DNA of 64,000 nucleotides from Vitrella brassicaformis CCMP3155 (Eukaryota; Protista; Chromerida). Below, in pieces: positions 50,040 through 61,264 of this stretch. The first letter of the stretch is position 1; every line of letters starts with the position of its first letter. Both the position numbers and the translations under genes were made by a program. The stretch lies in assembly GCA_001179505.1 (NCBI GenBank), contig CDMY01000869.1, positions 1-64,000 of the forward strand, given 5' to 3'. The notes beneath the pieces are model-generated. The model ran no database searches. It saw only the letters and a list, made by a program, of their open reading frames with translations, and was not told where the DNA came from.

Positions 50040-53000
50040 ATGTATCATTTGGTGTGTGTCTTTCTGCTGCTTATCGGTGATTAATGAGTCCAACAACACA
50101 ACAAGTGCAGCTGGTGTACTTGTGTGCCCTGCCTGTCGCCTGTCTGTCTGTCATGCATCGCAGATGAGAGGGCGCAGGGGTTTTTGGGACCAAAGGCAAT
50201 ACCAGGATACTCTCACAGGAGTGAGCAGCCGCACCCACTGGGCTGCGTCAACATACTCTTGAGATCTGATCTACATGCAGGCTCATGGCGGCCTGCGGCG
50301 CCCCGTCGAGTGATTCTCTCATCAACGTCTGTCAAACAGAAGCAGCAGGTGGGCGGGTGGGTGGGTGTGCTGGTACGGACAGACAGACCGACGTACACGT
50401 GACTGTTTGTTTGCTCATAGTTATTGTACGTCCCTGTGTGCTGTTTGTTGTGTTGCGTGTGGGCAGTCCCCCGCGGTGCTCCCGAGGCGGTCGCTGCCGA
50501 CCCAGAACGCCAACCCCAACCCAACCGACGATGAAAAGATACAAGTCCTCCAGGTAGGTGTGTGTGTGTGCGTGTGTATGTGAGAGAGAGAGATGATCAC
50601 CTTTTATTCACTCCCCTGACTCATAGTGGATGGCGTCTGCAACATACTGACTGACTCACTGACACTGCATTCATTCATTCATTCAGTCTTCCATCCATCC
50701 ATCCATCCATTGATTGATTGGTTGATTGCCACCGTGTGTGTGGGTAGTACAAGCTTGACAGCGGCCTCAAGTGGTCTGAGATGGAGCAGCTGACGGGGTA
50801 CTCGATGCGCACCATGCGGGAGTGGGCAGTGTCCTGGAATGAGGGCGACCTCAATCCCACCATGCAGGACCAGACAGAACAGCAAATCTACTACCAAGGT
50901 ACCGTACCAGCCACCTTAGGTCACCCACCCACCCACCCACCCTGGATGCATGTGGCCGCCGTNNNNNNNNNNNNNNNNNNNNNNNNNNNNNNNNNNNNNN
51001 NNNNNNNNNNNNNNNNNNNNNNNNNNNNNNNNNNNNNNNNNNNNNNNNNNNNNNNNNNNNNNNNNNNNNNNNNNNNNNNNNNNNNNNNNNNNNNNNNNNN
51101 NNNNNNNNNNNNNNNNNNNNNNNNNNNNNNNNNNNNNNNNNNNNNNNNNNNNNNNNNNNNNNNNNNNNNNNNNNNNNNNNNNNNNNNNNNNNNNNNNNNN
51201 NNNNNNNNNNNNNNNNNNNNNNNNNNNNNNNNNNNNNNNNNNNNNNNNNNNNNNNNNNNNNNCCCACCCACCCTGGATGCATGTGGCCGCCGTATCATTC
51301 ATTCATTCATTCGTTCATGGTCTGTGTGTGTGGTATCTATCTATGTGACTATGTGTGTGCAGCAGAGTTTGAGGATTTTGAGCGTCAGGAGTACGAGAGG
51401 AGTATGTCAGAGCTGCCCCGGCAGTCGTCGTCGCCGCGGCCGACCAACAACCAGAAGATCCAGGTCATCCAGTTCAAGGCCGACTACGGCACACCATGGC
51501 GGGAACTGGAAGTCGTCACGGGATACCCCAGGTGGGTGAATGGGTGGTGACCTGGGGACGGACGTGGGGACAAAAAAACCACCGGTGACCTACCTGCGAG
51601 TAGATGGATGGATGCCATGCATGGGGTACCATTTTCGTGAGCTGAGCCGCTCAATATTGGCTGGCATGTGTTTGTGTCTGTGTCCGTGTATCCTGGCTTG
51701 GCTGGCTATGTGCAGGAGCGAGATGCGTGAGTGGGCCCGTCGGTGGAACGCAGGTCGGCTGACGTACGAGTATGAGGAGGGGGACTACGGGTACGAGGAG
51801 GGCGGCGAGGAGGGTGCCGAGGAGGACGACACCGAGGGCCAGCCGTCCCTGGGGCTGCCCACCAAGGCCGACTTCCCCGCCCCATCCACCGACCAGAAGC
51901 TGGCCGTCGTCAAGTTCCGCGAGGACAACGGGCTGCGCTGGTCGGAAATGGAGAAACTCACGGGGTACACCAAGAAGACCATGGCCACATGGGCCGATGC
52001 ATACAACAAGGTACGTACCTGCGTTCCCCACGCACATGCACACCATCCCTCCCTCCCTCCCTCATGTCTCTTCTGTGTGTGTGTGTCCTGTCTGTCTGTC
52101 TGTCTGTCTGTCTGCAGGGTAAGTTGTACGAGACCCTGGCCGAGGATGATGATTTGGAGGCCACTGTCGGCAAGCCTGCCCAGCTGCAGCAGCCACCCGT
52201 CACCGTAGTGTCGGAGAGCAGCCTGCCCACAAAAAAGGCCGCAAGGACCCCCACGGTAACCGAGTGAGAGGTTGACATGAGTTGTACCCTCCCACCATGT
52301 GGCTCTTTGGGTTTGTATCAATGCAGGCAGCCCAGAAGCAGGCGGTGATAATGTTCAAGCAGGCCGGCAACAAGAAGTGGGCCGACATGGAACGGCTCAC
52401 GGGGTACTCCAAGGGAGAAATGAGAAAGTACGTCAGCCAACAGACCAGAGCCGCCAGACAGGACAGGACAGGACATTACGCACCACATATCGATGACCTC
52501 ACGAGCAACGAAGGAAGGAAGGGAGTGATGGAGTGATGGATGGATATTCGCTGCTTGGTGTGTGCGTGTGTGACCGAATGAATGCAGATGGTCTGAGGAG
52601 TACGAGAAGGGTCTCCTGATTGACGACCCCGCCCTGGCCCAGCCACGAGAGGAAGAAGAAATACTCTTCGACGAACCGGGGGTCAGCCGCTCTGCTCACT
52701 CCACCGCACACACACACACCACACGCGACGCACCCGGAGGGACGGACGGAGCACACGCAACCCCCACGTATATATATATGCCTGCGGCAGACATGTGTGT
52801 CTCGTGTGCCTGCCTGGTGTTAAATATTATTATACTTGGGCAACCATACCATTTCTACCTACGTATGTTATTTATGTGCAGCCCAAGACGACTGTGTATG
52901 AGATCGGGAATGTGTGGACCGACATGAGCGCACCTGCCGTCCTCACCGATGAACCGCAGCCCTTCTTCTGGCAAGAAGAACTCTCTGATGAGGTCAGTCA

Positions 53001-54176
53001 GTGAGTGAGTGAGTGAGTGAGCCAACCACCGGCAGGCAGGGATACATACACCCATGAAGGACACATGCCTTGTCTGTGTGTGAGCGTGCAGGGTGCAGAG
53101 GGCCCTGTCCGTCGCGTCTTGATCCCTGGTCGGGAGGTGCCTGAAGAATTCCAACCTGCGTAAATGAACGAACACTGAAGCGACAGAAACTCTCTCGGCT
53201 ACAGACGTGCCCATGCCATGTGCGCGATGCCCATTCTGCACTGCACAGGTGGGGGTCGGTAACGGAAGCACAAGAGGCAGAGGTGAGTGAATGAGTGAGA
53301 CGTGCAATGGAGGCCAGACCGACCCCTCCATTTTGATGTGCATGTCTTGCCTTCCTGCCTGCCTTCCTGCAGCTTGTCAACGCAACCAGTGGGGCGCCAT
53401 CCGCGTATCTCGTAAGGCTCCCTGATAGAGAGACACCTGGCGTGTGGACGACTTGGTCACCTGCTGTGGTCCCTCTGTGGCTGGCCGTCTGGCTGGTTGG
53501 GTGCATGCAGTCGTCATCGTCTGTACGTCGGCCGTCGAGTTGGCGGCGTCCGCGCGGGTCGACCATCGTGAGCGGTGTGAGGCGGCTCAGACAACTCGAG
53601 AGGGAACGAGAGGCCAAGAGAAGAAGACAGGTAAACATATATGTACTCACAGACGGACGGACAGACGGACGGGCCGTCGGGTACGTACATTCTTTCCTTC
53701 CTTCCTTGATTGCTTGCTTGCATTGTTCACTGGCTGGCTGTGTCCGTTGGCAGGTGTTGCTGTCCCAGTTGAACGAGGGCAAGCTGGCGGAGCGTGACCA
53801 GAGTGTGGATGTGTTTGCGGAGGAGGGTGTGATCCGGCCGCTGGTCCGCATCTATGACGACCGCACCGAGAAGGAGTACTGGGTGGAGTGGAAGAGGCTG
53901 CCCAAGAAGACACGCAAGAGGCGGCGGCAGCTTTCACGCCGCACCGAGCAGCGCCTCAGGCGGGAGCTCACGGCACCATGGCGACAGAACTGGAGTGGCG
54001 GACTCGTACTGGGCGTCCTTGTCACCGTCGTACTTTTGAAACTCTTCCCAGGTACAGACAGACACGGATCCAGGGGCAGCAGGGTAGCTATAAGGTAACG
54101 TCGCCACAGCCAAGCTGCCGTTGGTCCTTTCATTCTACCAGGTCTCTTGGATGTCGTGCCGATAGAGATCCCGTAA
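50040..54176 (+). CDS. Protein with a bipartite-like leader, four tandem HTH-like repeats and two C-terminal hydrophobic segments
   Basis: MYHLVCVFLLLI|DERAQG-FLGP... is followed by four ~40-aa repeats (K-x-x-V...W-x-E/D-M/L-E-x-x-TGY...M-x-x-W...G), then VVPLWLAVWLVG and GLVLGVLVTVVLLKLF; the last exon is GLLDVVPIEIP*. Confidence 0.75.
50963..51262. other. Assembly gap (300 N), probably spurious
   Basis: The same ~31 nt (cccacccaccctggatgcatgtggccgccgt) lies on both sides of the gap. Confidence 0.9.
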
Positions 54177-54815
54177 GACAAGACACGCACGTCAACATAA
54201 TGAATGCATTCACCTGTTGACATTACTTACGCTACACATACCCACTCATATATCCTCGCCTCCTGCCTGCATCTTGCGTGGCTGACTGACTGACAGGGAC
54301 ATCACCGGCACGGTGCGTAAGTAACGACTGGTGGATGGATGGATGGAGGCGTGGCAGGCAGATAGATATATATTATGGATGGATACCGCCTGTCTGTCTT
54401 GTCTGTGTGTTTCAGATCGAGACGTCTCCTGCATCATGAACGCGTGTGCGCGTGTGCCCCCCTCCCCTCCCCTGCGATGCGGTCGTGTTGCCTTGCCTCG
54501 TAGCGCTTTGCATGTGAGACGTGACGGTGTAGTGGTTGTGGGATAGGGCGAGTGCCGCTGGCTGCTTGCCATTTGTGAACATTGGGTATCAATCGACCGT
54601 GGGGAGCCAGCTGTGAGTTTCAGCCATCGATGTGGACAAATAGATATGTTGAGGCGGGTCCGCCCACCGACCCCTCGTCGCGAGTACTCAACACCATTCA
54701 TTCGGTCTGACTGGCACGTCCTGACGTTGGCTGACTGCACTGACTGACAACACTCAGTAGGCACCCTTCGACCAACCCTAGATAGATCTACGCCCTCTTT
54801 GACTCACTCTCTCAG

Positions 54816-57800
54816 TCACTCATCTGTCTGAGTGGAGGTGACGACCCCGATGGCAGCTGTCTTGGGTCCGTCGCACAGCAGCACGGGCATCGACGGGCAC
54901 ACGTACTCAGGCCGGCACAGAAACAAAAAGTTTATGTGCGCTGTCTCACCAGTCCTGAACGAACAATCATTCAATCAAGCAATGAATCACACCACACAGA
55001 CCGGTGAGTACACAGGGGCCTTTTCTGTCTCTTCAATGTCGGCTCCCTCCCTCCCTCTATCCCTTGTTTCTTCGTTTGTTGCGCACCTGACGCATTGGGA
55101 ATCAGTCAGGACACCCGTCACCACCACAGTCTGATCGAGGGCAGGAACAGACAGACAGACAGGGCCAGGCCAGGCCAGGCCAGGCAGGCCCCACACACAG
55201 CCAACACATGCATCCATCCATCCATGAATGAATGTCGATCAAACAGTCACTCAGTCAATCGCCAAGGTATGCATTGCATGCCCCCACCTGCCCCCCAACC
55301 GACCCTTTTGCCCACCCACCTGTCTGATGGAGTGTAGGTGTACGACATATTCTTTCTTGGGTCTGATGCCGCAGCCCTGTTCGATGACGGTCATGACGGC
55401 CTGGAAGGTATAGACGGGCCGCGGCGGGTCGTGGTTCCACTGTGTCAGGTTGAAGGCAAACATACCCGCACGCAGCGCACTGCGACTCGACGACCGCCGC
55501 CGCAGACTCCTGTCGTCCTCACCACCCTGGTAATGGTCCTCCGACAAACCATCATCCCAATCGTCATCCGAGTCCAAACTGCTGCCGGTGCTGCCCTTGG
55601 ACTTCCGCTTGCCCTCCTTGCCGCTCCTCGACGGATCTCGCCACGCACGCCGGCTGGTGGTGGGCGGTGGGGGGCTCGAGTCGGGCACTTGAAGCATCTT
55701 GGGAGACGATGGCGGGGGCCCCTCGTCGGGCCGGCCGGCGGATGGGGATGCCGCAGCAGGACCGCTGACCTCTGGTCGACGGGGTGAGCCGGCGGTGTGT
55801 TGCTTGGCCCTCCCAGCCGGCTGCCGACGGTCGACGTCTTGGTCTTGTTCTAAGGGGGCTGGTGAGGGAGAGTCATCGGGCTGGGCCCCGTCGAGCGGCA
55901 TGAGAGGGGGTGAGTCTGGCTCGGGTAGGGTGAGAGCCAGGGGGGTGTAGGCCATGCGCCAGTTGCCCCCAGACTGGTGCCGCCGCGACGCCCCCTCCTT
56001 GAAGACGTTGGGTGACGACGGCTGGCTGGACGCCTGGCCTCGCTGCGGGAAGCCGGCGGCGTGCAGGGGGCTCTCGGATGATGGGCCGATGGCTAGCTCA
56101 CGGCCGTTGGGCTGCTGTGACGCGACGACATTCATGGCCGTCATGGCTGCCAGGAAGCCGCGATTGATGCTCACACCTCCATCAGATGGCGGGGGTGAAG
56201 ACACTGCGCGCCCAATGGGAGCCGGTGCTGCCGCAGCCGGGGGAACACTCTTTCCCTCGATGTCGTCCTTGTTTGCCGCGTCGGGAGGCGCTGCTTCTTC
56301 CTTGGGCTCAGCCGGCATTGTTGGTTGAGTTGGCTCTTGAGTGGGTGTGTCTGGTTGCTGTGCCGACTGCGGCGTGGCATCGGAATGGCCGACAAAGGGA
56401 AACGACACCACCGACTCGCCGCCGTCCGTAAACTCGATGGCAAAGGAACTGATTGAGACAGCACAGCCACAGGGAACAATCCATGATCCACTGCCAGGCC
56501 TGCCTCTTCCTTCGGTTCACGCATCAGTTGTGTCTGTGTGTACCCTACCACTTCTGCCCAGCGTAGGTCGTATCGACAGGCACTCTGCAAGCCAAAAGAA
56601 TGTACGTACGAATGACACAGAGGATGGGCGGTGTGTGTGTGTGCATGCAGTATCTATCTATCTCGTAACATCTGCTGCTTCCCTCTAGCTCCTTCCTCGA
56701 GTTAGTAAGTGAGTGAGTGACTGGTTGGTTCAACCGACCTGTTGACGTGGATGGATTTGACGAGTATGGGTACCCAGTGGTGAGGTCCACACCGCTCCAC
56801 AAACGACAGAGGGGACAGACGCGGCGACTGGGACGCAGACGGACGCTTGCCCTTCCGGCCAGTGCTGGGCGGCGGGGGGGCACTTCCTGCTCCTGTTGCT
56901 GCTGCTGCTGGTGGTGGTGGTGTCTCGTCTTGTTGCTGTTGTTGTGTGTGTTCGTCGGTCTTGGGTCGGTCGTCGAGCTCATCGTGGAGCGCCGTGAACT
57001 CAGAGTGGGTGAACGGACCGCAGTGCAATATGTCCTCTGAAAGCAGAGGAGAGAGAGAGGAGAAGATTGAAGTATGTACGTACGTCCGTGGCTCAGGTAG
57101 GTGTGGGGCATCCATCCATCTGCACCGGTGGTTACTGTGCTTACGTTTTGACACACTGCCGGTGAGCAGCAGCCCGCCTATGACGATACCACTCACACCT
57201 GAGGGAGACCACACGCCAGCCAACGGACCAACGTCACACATGTTATGGGACGATAGATACGAGTGAGGGAGTGACGTGACCCAGCCGCTGGCTCCAGCGG
57301 CTGCCCCCTCGGTGACTGACTGACTGACTGACCGTGCACATTGGGGTATATTTCGTCAATGAGGAACTGGGCTGGGTGGGCACGGCGCCTCTGCCACTCA
57401 ACCGACGGGGGCACCACACGCAAGAAATTGCGGAACAAGTCAACCCCAGTGCCATCCACACACGATATCTGACACACACGCAGACGGCAGACACAGAGAC
57501 TCGTCCTCCCTCAGTCCACATCTGTTTGTTTCCCAGGGCATGTGTGTGTGTCTTATCTTACGCACCCACCCGGAAGACCGGAATGCAGTGAGGGTTGAGT
57601 GTGAGCTTGATGTCCCGATTGCCGCCGCCCGTGTTGTCCCCCCGTTTGCGGTGTTTGTTGACTACCAGAGGCGATGCCGCCCTGGCATTGGCCGTCGGGG
57701 ACGGCGGGTGTCCGTTGAGGAGCTGCTCGGCCGAGGGTGAGAGGGGCAGGGTGGGGTGGCCGCCGGGCACGATACCGCTCACGGCCATCAAGGGGCTGGG

Positions 57801-58883
57801 GTGGGACGCGCCGGGGGGGCCGCGCGGTGGCGCTGTGGTGGTGGCGGATGAGCTCACTGACAGCTTCCGCAGCACCGAACTCAGCTGGGTTGACGACCGA
57901 ACGTCATACGGCGTCAACCCCTCGGCTCTCAGCAGCACATGCACCTGCAGACATTGTCACACACGCGCGTCTGTCCTGCATTGCATGCACACAAGGCGGG
58001 GCGGCGATCTGTGTGTATCCGTGTGCACCTTTTTGACGGCAGCGGCGAGTTGTTGGTCGGTGAGTCTGTCGACCTTGGTGATTCCAACGATGAGGGGGCA
58101 CTTGAGGGAGCGGGCCATCCGCACGTACGACTGGTTGACATCCTTGATCATGCCACTGCCCGATGAGGGATGCTCCGGCTCATTACCCCCACCTGGGGCA
58201 GCGGCGGATGGTGGGGGCCCCTCTTCGCCCTCGGTGTGAGCGTCGGCCGTTCCGCTGGTGACAAGGGCCTCGGCCGAGATGACCAACAGCAAATAATCGG
58301 GGCTCTGACTCAACACACCTGCACACACACGCGCGGGCGACGTGTGTGTATGATGGAGAGGTCATCCATCCATCCGTCCGTCCATTCCATTCGGTTCCAG
58401 TCAGTGCGTCCCACCCACCTTTGAGTGTGGTTTTGGAGTATTTTTGGTGTCCGGCCAGGTCGATGAGTGTGAGTAGCTTGGCCGAGTCGTGGATGATGTC
58501 GTCCTCACTCATGGAACGCAACTTGGACGAACAATTCACCAGCCGACCTGCACACACATGTTGGTTGGGAAACCCACACATGGATGGATGATCCATGCCA
58601 ACAAGAGGGCCCACCGCAGCATAATCCGATATTGTTTGTTATCATCTCTTCTGCGTGTGTGTCTTGCCTTGCCCGTGTGCAGTGCACGTGTCTACATGTG
58701 TATGCCTGCGCACCTTGGTAGTCGAATCCGATGAGGTGTGAACTGATGGATGAGGTCCGCCCGTGCAGCACCTCGTGACGATGACGATACACACGAACCT
58801 TACCCCTGTGCACACACACCACATCATAACATAACACAACACCAACACACACTTTCTCTCTCCGGATGCTCTGCGTAGGCCGA

Positions 58884-58916
<33 letters not shown>

Positions 58917-59769
58917 TGTACCTGCCGTTGTCGAGCATGTTGCTGGTGAGCACCCCCACCAGGGTGCTCTTGCCGGCCTGGGAGTCACCGACGACTGCCA
59001 GCCGTATGTCGACTCCTTGCACTGCGCTCGTGTGGTGCCACTGAATATGCACATCAGCGATCTGAGCAGCCAGCACACACAGGTAGGAAAGACATATATG
59101 CAGCGCCATCCATCATACTTACGGGAGGCAGTCAGTGTCCATGTTATGTATGTAATTGTGTATGTGTGTATGCGTGCAATGCATTGTATGGTGTGTCTGT
59201 CCGCACCTTTCCCTCGGCCCCCTGGGTACAGCTGCGGATTTCAAAATCGGCATTCAGCTGATGGGCCATCTATACGCAGGTTGGCACACAGACACACAGG
59301 CACACAGACAGACGATGTCGGCGACCATCCATCCGTCCATCCGTCCGTCCATCATCCACCTCTCTGTGTGCGTGTGATTTCACTGCGCTCTCTCTGGTTA
59401 CCTGTTGTATGGTTGCGAGTGTTTCCTGCAGGTCCTTGTCGCTGAGCCCCTTTGGGTAGCCGTTGTCCTCCACACCCACCTTGTAAAAGGCCTCACCATT
59501 GCCCTCCTCCAACCGATACTGGGGGTGGTGTGGTTCACACACACATAACACACAGCCACACAGACATAATCAATTGATCGACACCGCCTCTCTGTCTGTC
59601 TGTCTGTCTGTCAGTCTATCTGGCTGACCTTCATTTGTGTGGTGAGGTGCTGGAATCTTAGATCCGACACATTGCAGAGGCGCCACTTGTATTCTGTGTC
59701 CCCTTCATCCTCTTCTGGCGCCAGCACACCGCTGCCCGACTCATCAACAGCTGCAGCATCACCAGACAT
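54816..59769 (-). CDS. GTPBP2: GTPBP1/2-family translational GTPase with long low-complexity insertions
   Basis: LAPEEDEGDTEYKWRL..RFQHLTTQMK|YRLEEGNGEAFYKVGVEDNG; GDSQAGKSTL; RHRHEVLHGRTSSIS; IDLAGHQKYSKTT; ITKVD; VKSIHVNR; HLHSIRQ; PEYV..AIGVVT. Confidence 0.9.
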
Positions 59770-59892
59770 CCCCGCGAAATTGTCAACCAACCAACACTGA
59801 TGTCAGCCAATGCGGCAAGATCTACATCGCCGGACTCATCGACACGCCCTCTGCAGGGGGGTGGCCGAGGAACGACTTCAACGATATGAATC

Positions 59893-59902
59893 TAAGCTCG
59901 CA
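59893..59902 (+). promoter_or_regulatory. TAAGCTCGCA motif between GTPBP2 and the LPA1-like gene
   Basis: ctaagctcgcagg. Confidence 0.65.
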
Positions 59903-59981
59903 GGTCGTCTGAGATCGCATATCGTGAAGCGAACAAGAAAGGGAAGGGAAGCCTTACTTCTGCTTCACTGATCTGTTCTCT

Positions 59982-60842
59982 ATGTCTTTATCTGGGTATT
60001 TCTGCGTGTCGTTATTTATTACCTCGTGCTCAGGATGCGCTCCCACCCACGCGGCCTTCCTGGACCGCGGCATGACAAGACTGATGCCGAGGCTGACGCG
60101 GACCAGGCATCCTCATGCGTCAACAGCCATTCATCCGACGGCCTTACAAAGAGCGGCGATGCCTGTCACATGCCTGCGAGTCAAAGACTCTGACATGCCA
60201 CCGGCGTTTTTGGAGAAGGAGCGGCAGGCTCAGCCATACCGGCCACTCCGGCTGGCCTTCTACGCTGCCGTGGCCGCTCTCTCACTCATTGCAAGCGCCA
60301 TTTCAGCCGCTGCTTTCTTCAATGTTGACCCAGCTGTGGAGCTTCGTGACAGTCTGGATCTTCCCAACCCGATAGTGAGTGCGGCTGTGTGCGGCATAGG
60401 GGTGGGGCTCATCAATCAAGACGTCAAGGATCGAGCCAAGGAGAGACGCAAGATGCTGCGAGAGATGCAGCGGTCTGAACGGCGGGCGATGAAGGAAACG
60501 TCCAAGGCTCAGAAGAGCAGATTGCCTCCGGCGCTCGCAAGCCGCGCGCAAGAGGGCGGCAGGGGCTTTGCGGACACCACTGCGGACCGAGGCGCTGACG
60601 ACACCGAGGCGGTCGGTGCAGCTGCTGCCAAGAACGAAGACGCGAGCAGAGTGTCATCTGACCAGCAGCCCGGGCCCTTGAGTGGGCTGCAGAAGCTGGT
60701 TGACGAGGCAAACGAGCAGGGGAGGGTGCAGGCGTATATGCTCAATGATGCTCTCGAGAAAAGGGGATTGGTGAAACCTCTGGAGAGGGAAGCCGGTGGT
60801 GAGGGTGGGGGTAAGGACCCAAGGAAAGACCAGCGAGAGTAG
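59982..60842 (+). CDS. DUF3493 / LPA1-like plastid membrane protein (single exon)
   Basis: Signal-like N-terminus ending THAA-FL, then a transit-like segment. ERQAQPYRPLRLAFYAAVAALSLIA..LPNPIVSAAVCGIGVGL forms a two-TM hairpin resembling DUF3493. Confidence 0.7.
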   Translation: MSLSGYFCVSLFITSCSGCAPTHAAFLDRGMTRLMPRLTRTRHPHASTAIHPTALQRAAMPVTCLRVKDSDMPPAFLEKERQAQPYRPLRLAFYAAVAALSLIASAISAAAFFNVDPAVELRDSLDLPNPIVSAAVCGIGVGLINQDVKDRAKERRKMLREMQRSERRAMKETSKAQKSRLPPALASRAQEGGRGFADTTADRGADDTEAVGAAAAKNEDASRVSSDQQPGPLSGLQKLVDEANEQGRVQAYMLNDALEKRGLVKPLEREAGGEGGGKDPRKDQRE

Positions 60843-61264
60843 GGAGGGGTTGGGGACCGAATGCAATGCAATGCGTGTCACTGATGGATACGATACGATA
60901 CATGCATACCATAGCATACAGACATACAGACACGCTGTGGACAGATTGATTGAACAAGCTTCATCCCACTGCACTGGCATTCCATTATTGTTATTATCGC
61001 CTTACAGAACAGAAGCAGTCCGTCCCACAGGAAGCGAAGCACCGCCACACACTTGTCCATCCATCCATCCATCCATCCATCCAGCGTCCGCTAAATCCCA
61101 GGGAGGGAGGCAAGACAACAGATCCCGTAGAGAATGGTACTGACAGGTTTCTTCCATTCAATAGCGTCCTTGGTGTCGCCTTGCCGAATCAATCAAGTCA
61201 CAGGGCTCTACAAGTCAGTCCCACACACAGATACACACCATACACACTACTATAGATCCTCACT

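Noticed and set aside
50931-51293. Apparent 31-bp direct repeat flanking a 300-N gap
   Set aside because: Identical sequence on both sides of a fixed-size gap is the signature of unmerged overlapping contig ends, so this is an assembly artefact.
50500-52620. Active IS3/IS630-like transposase
   Set aside because: Only HTH-like modules are present, with no DDE catalytic domain, TIRs or TSDs. The gene is spliced and has a leader and TM segments, so at most it is domesticated.
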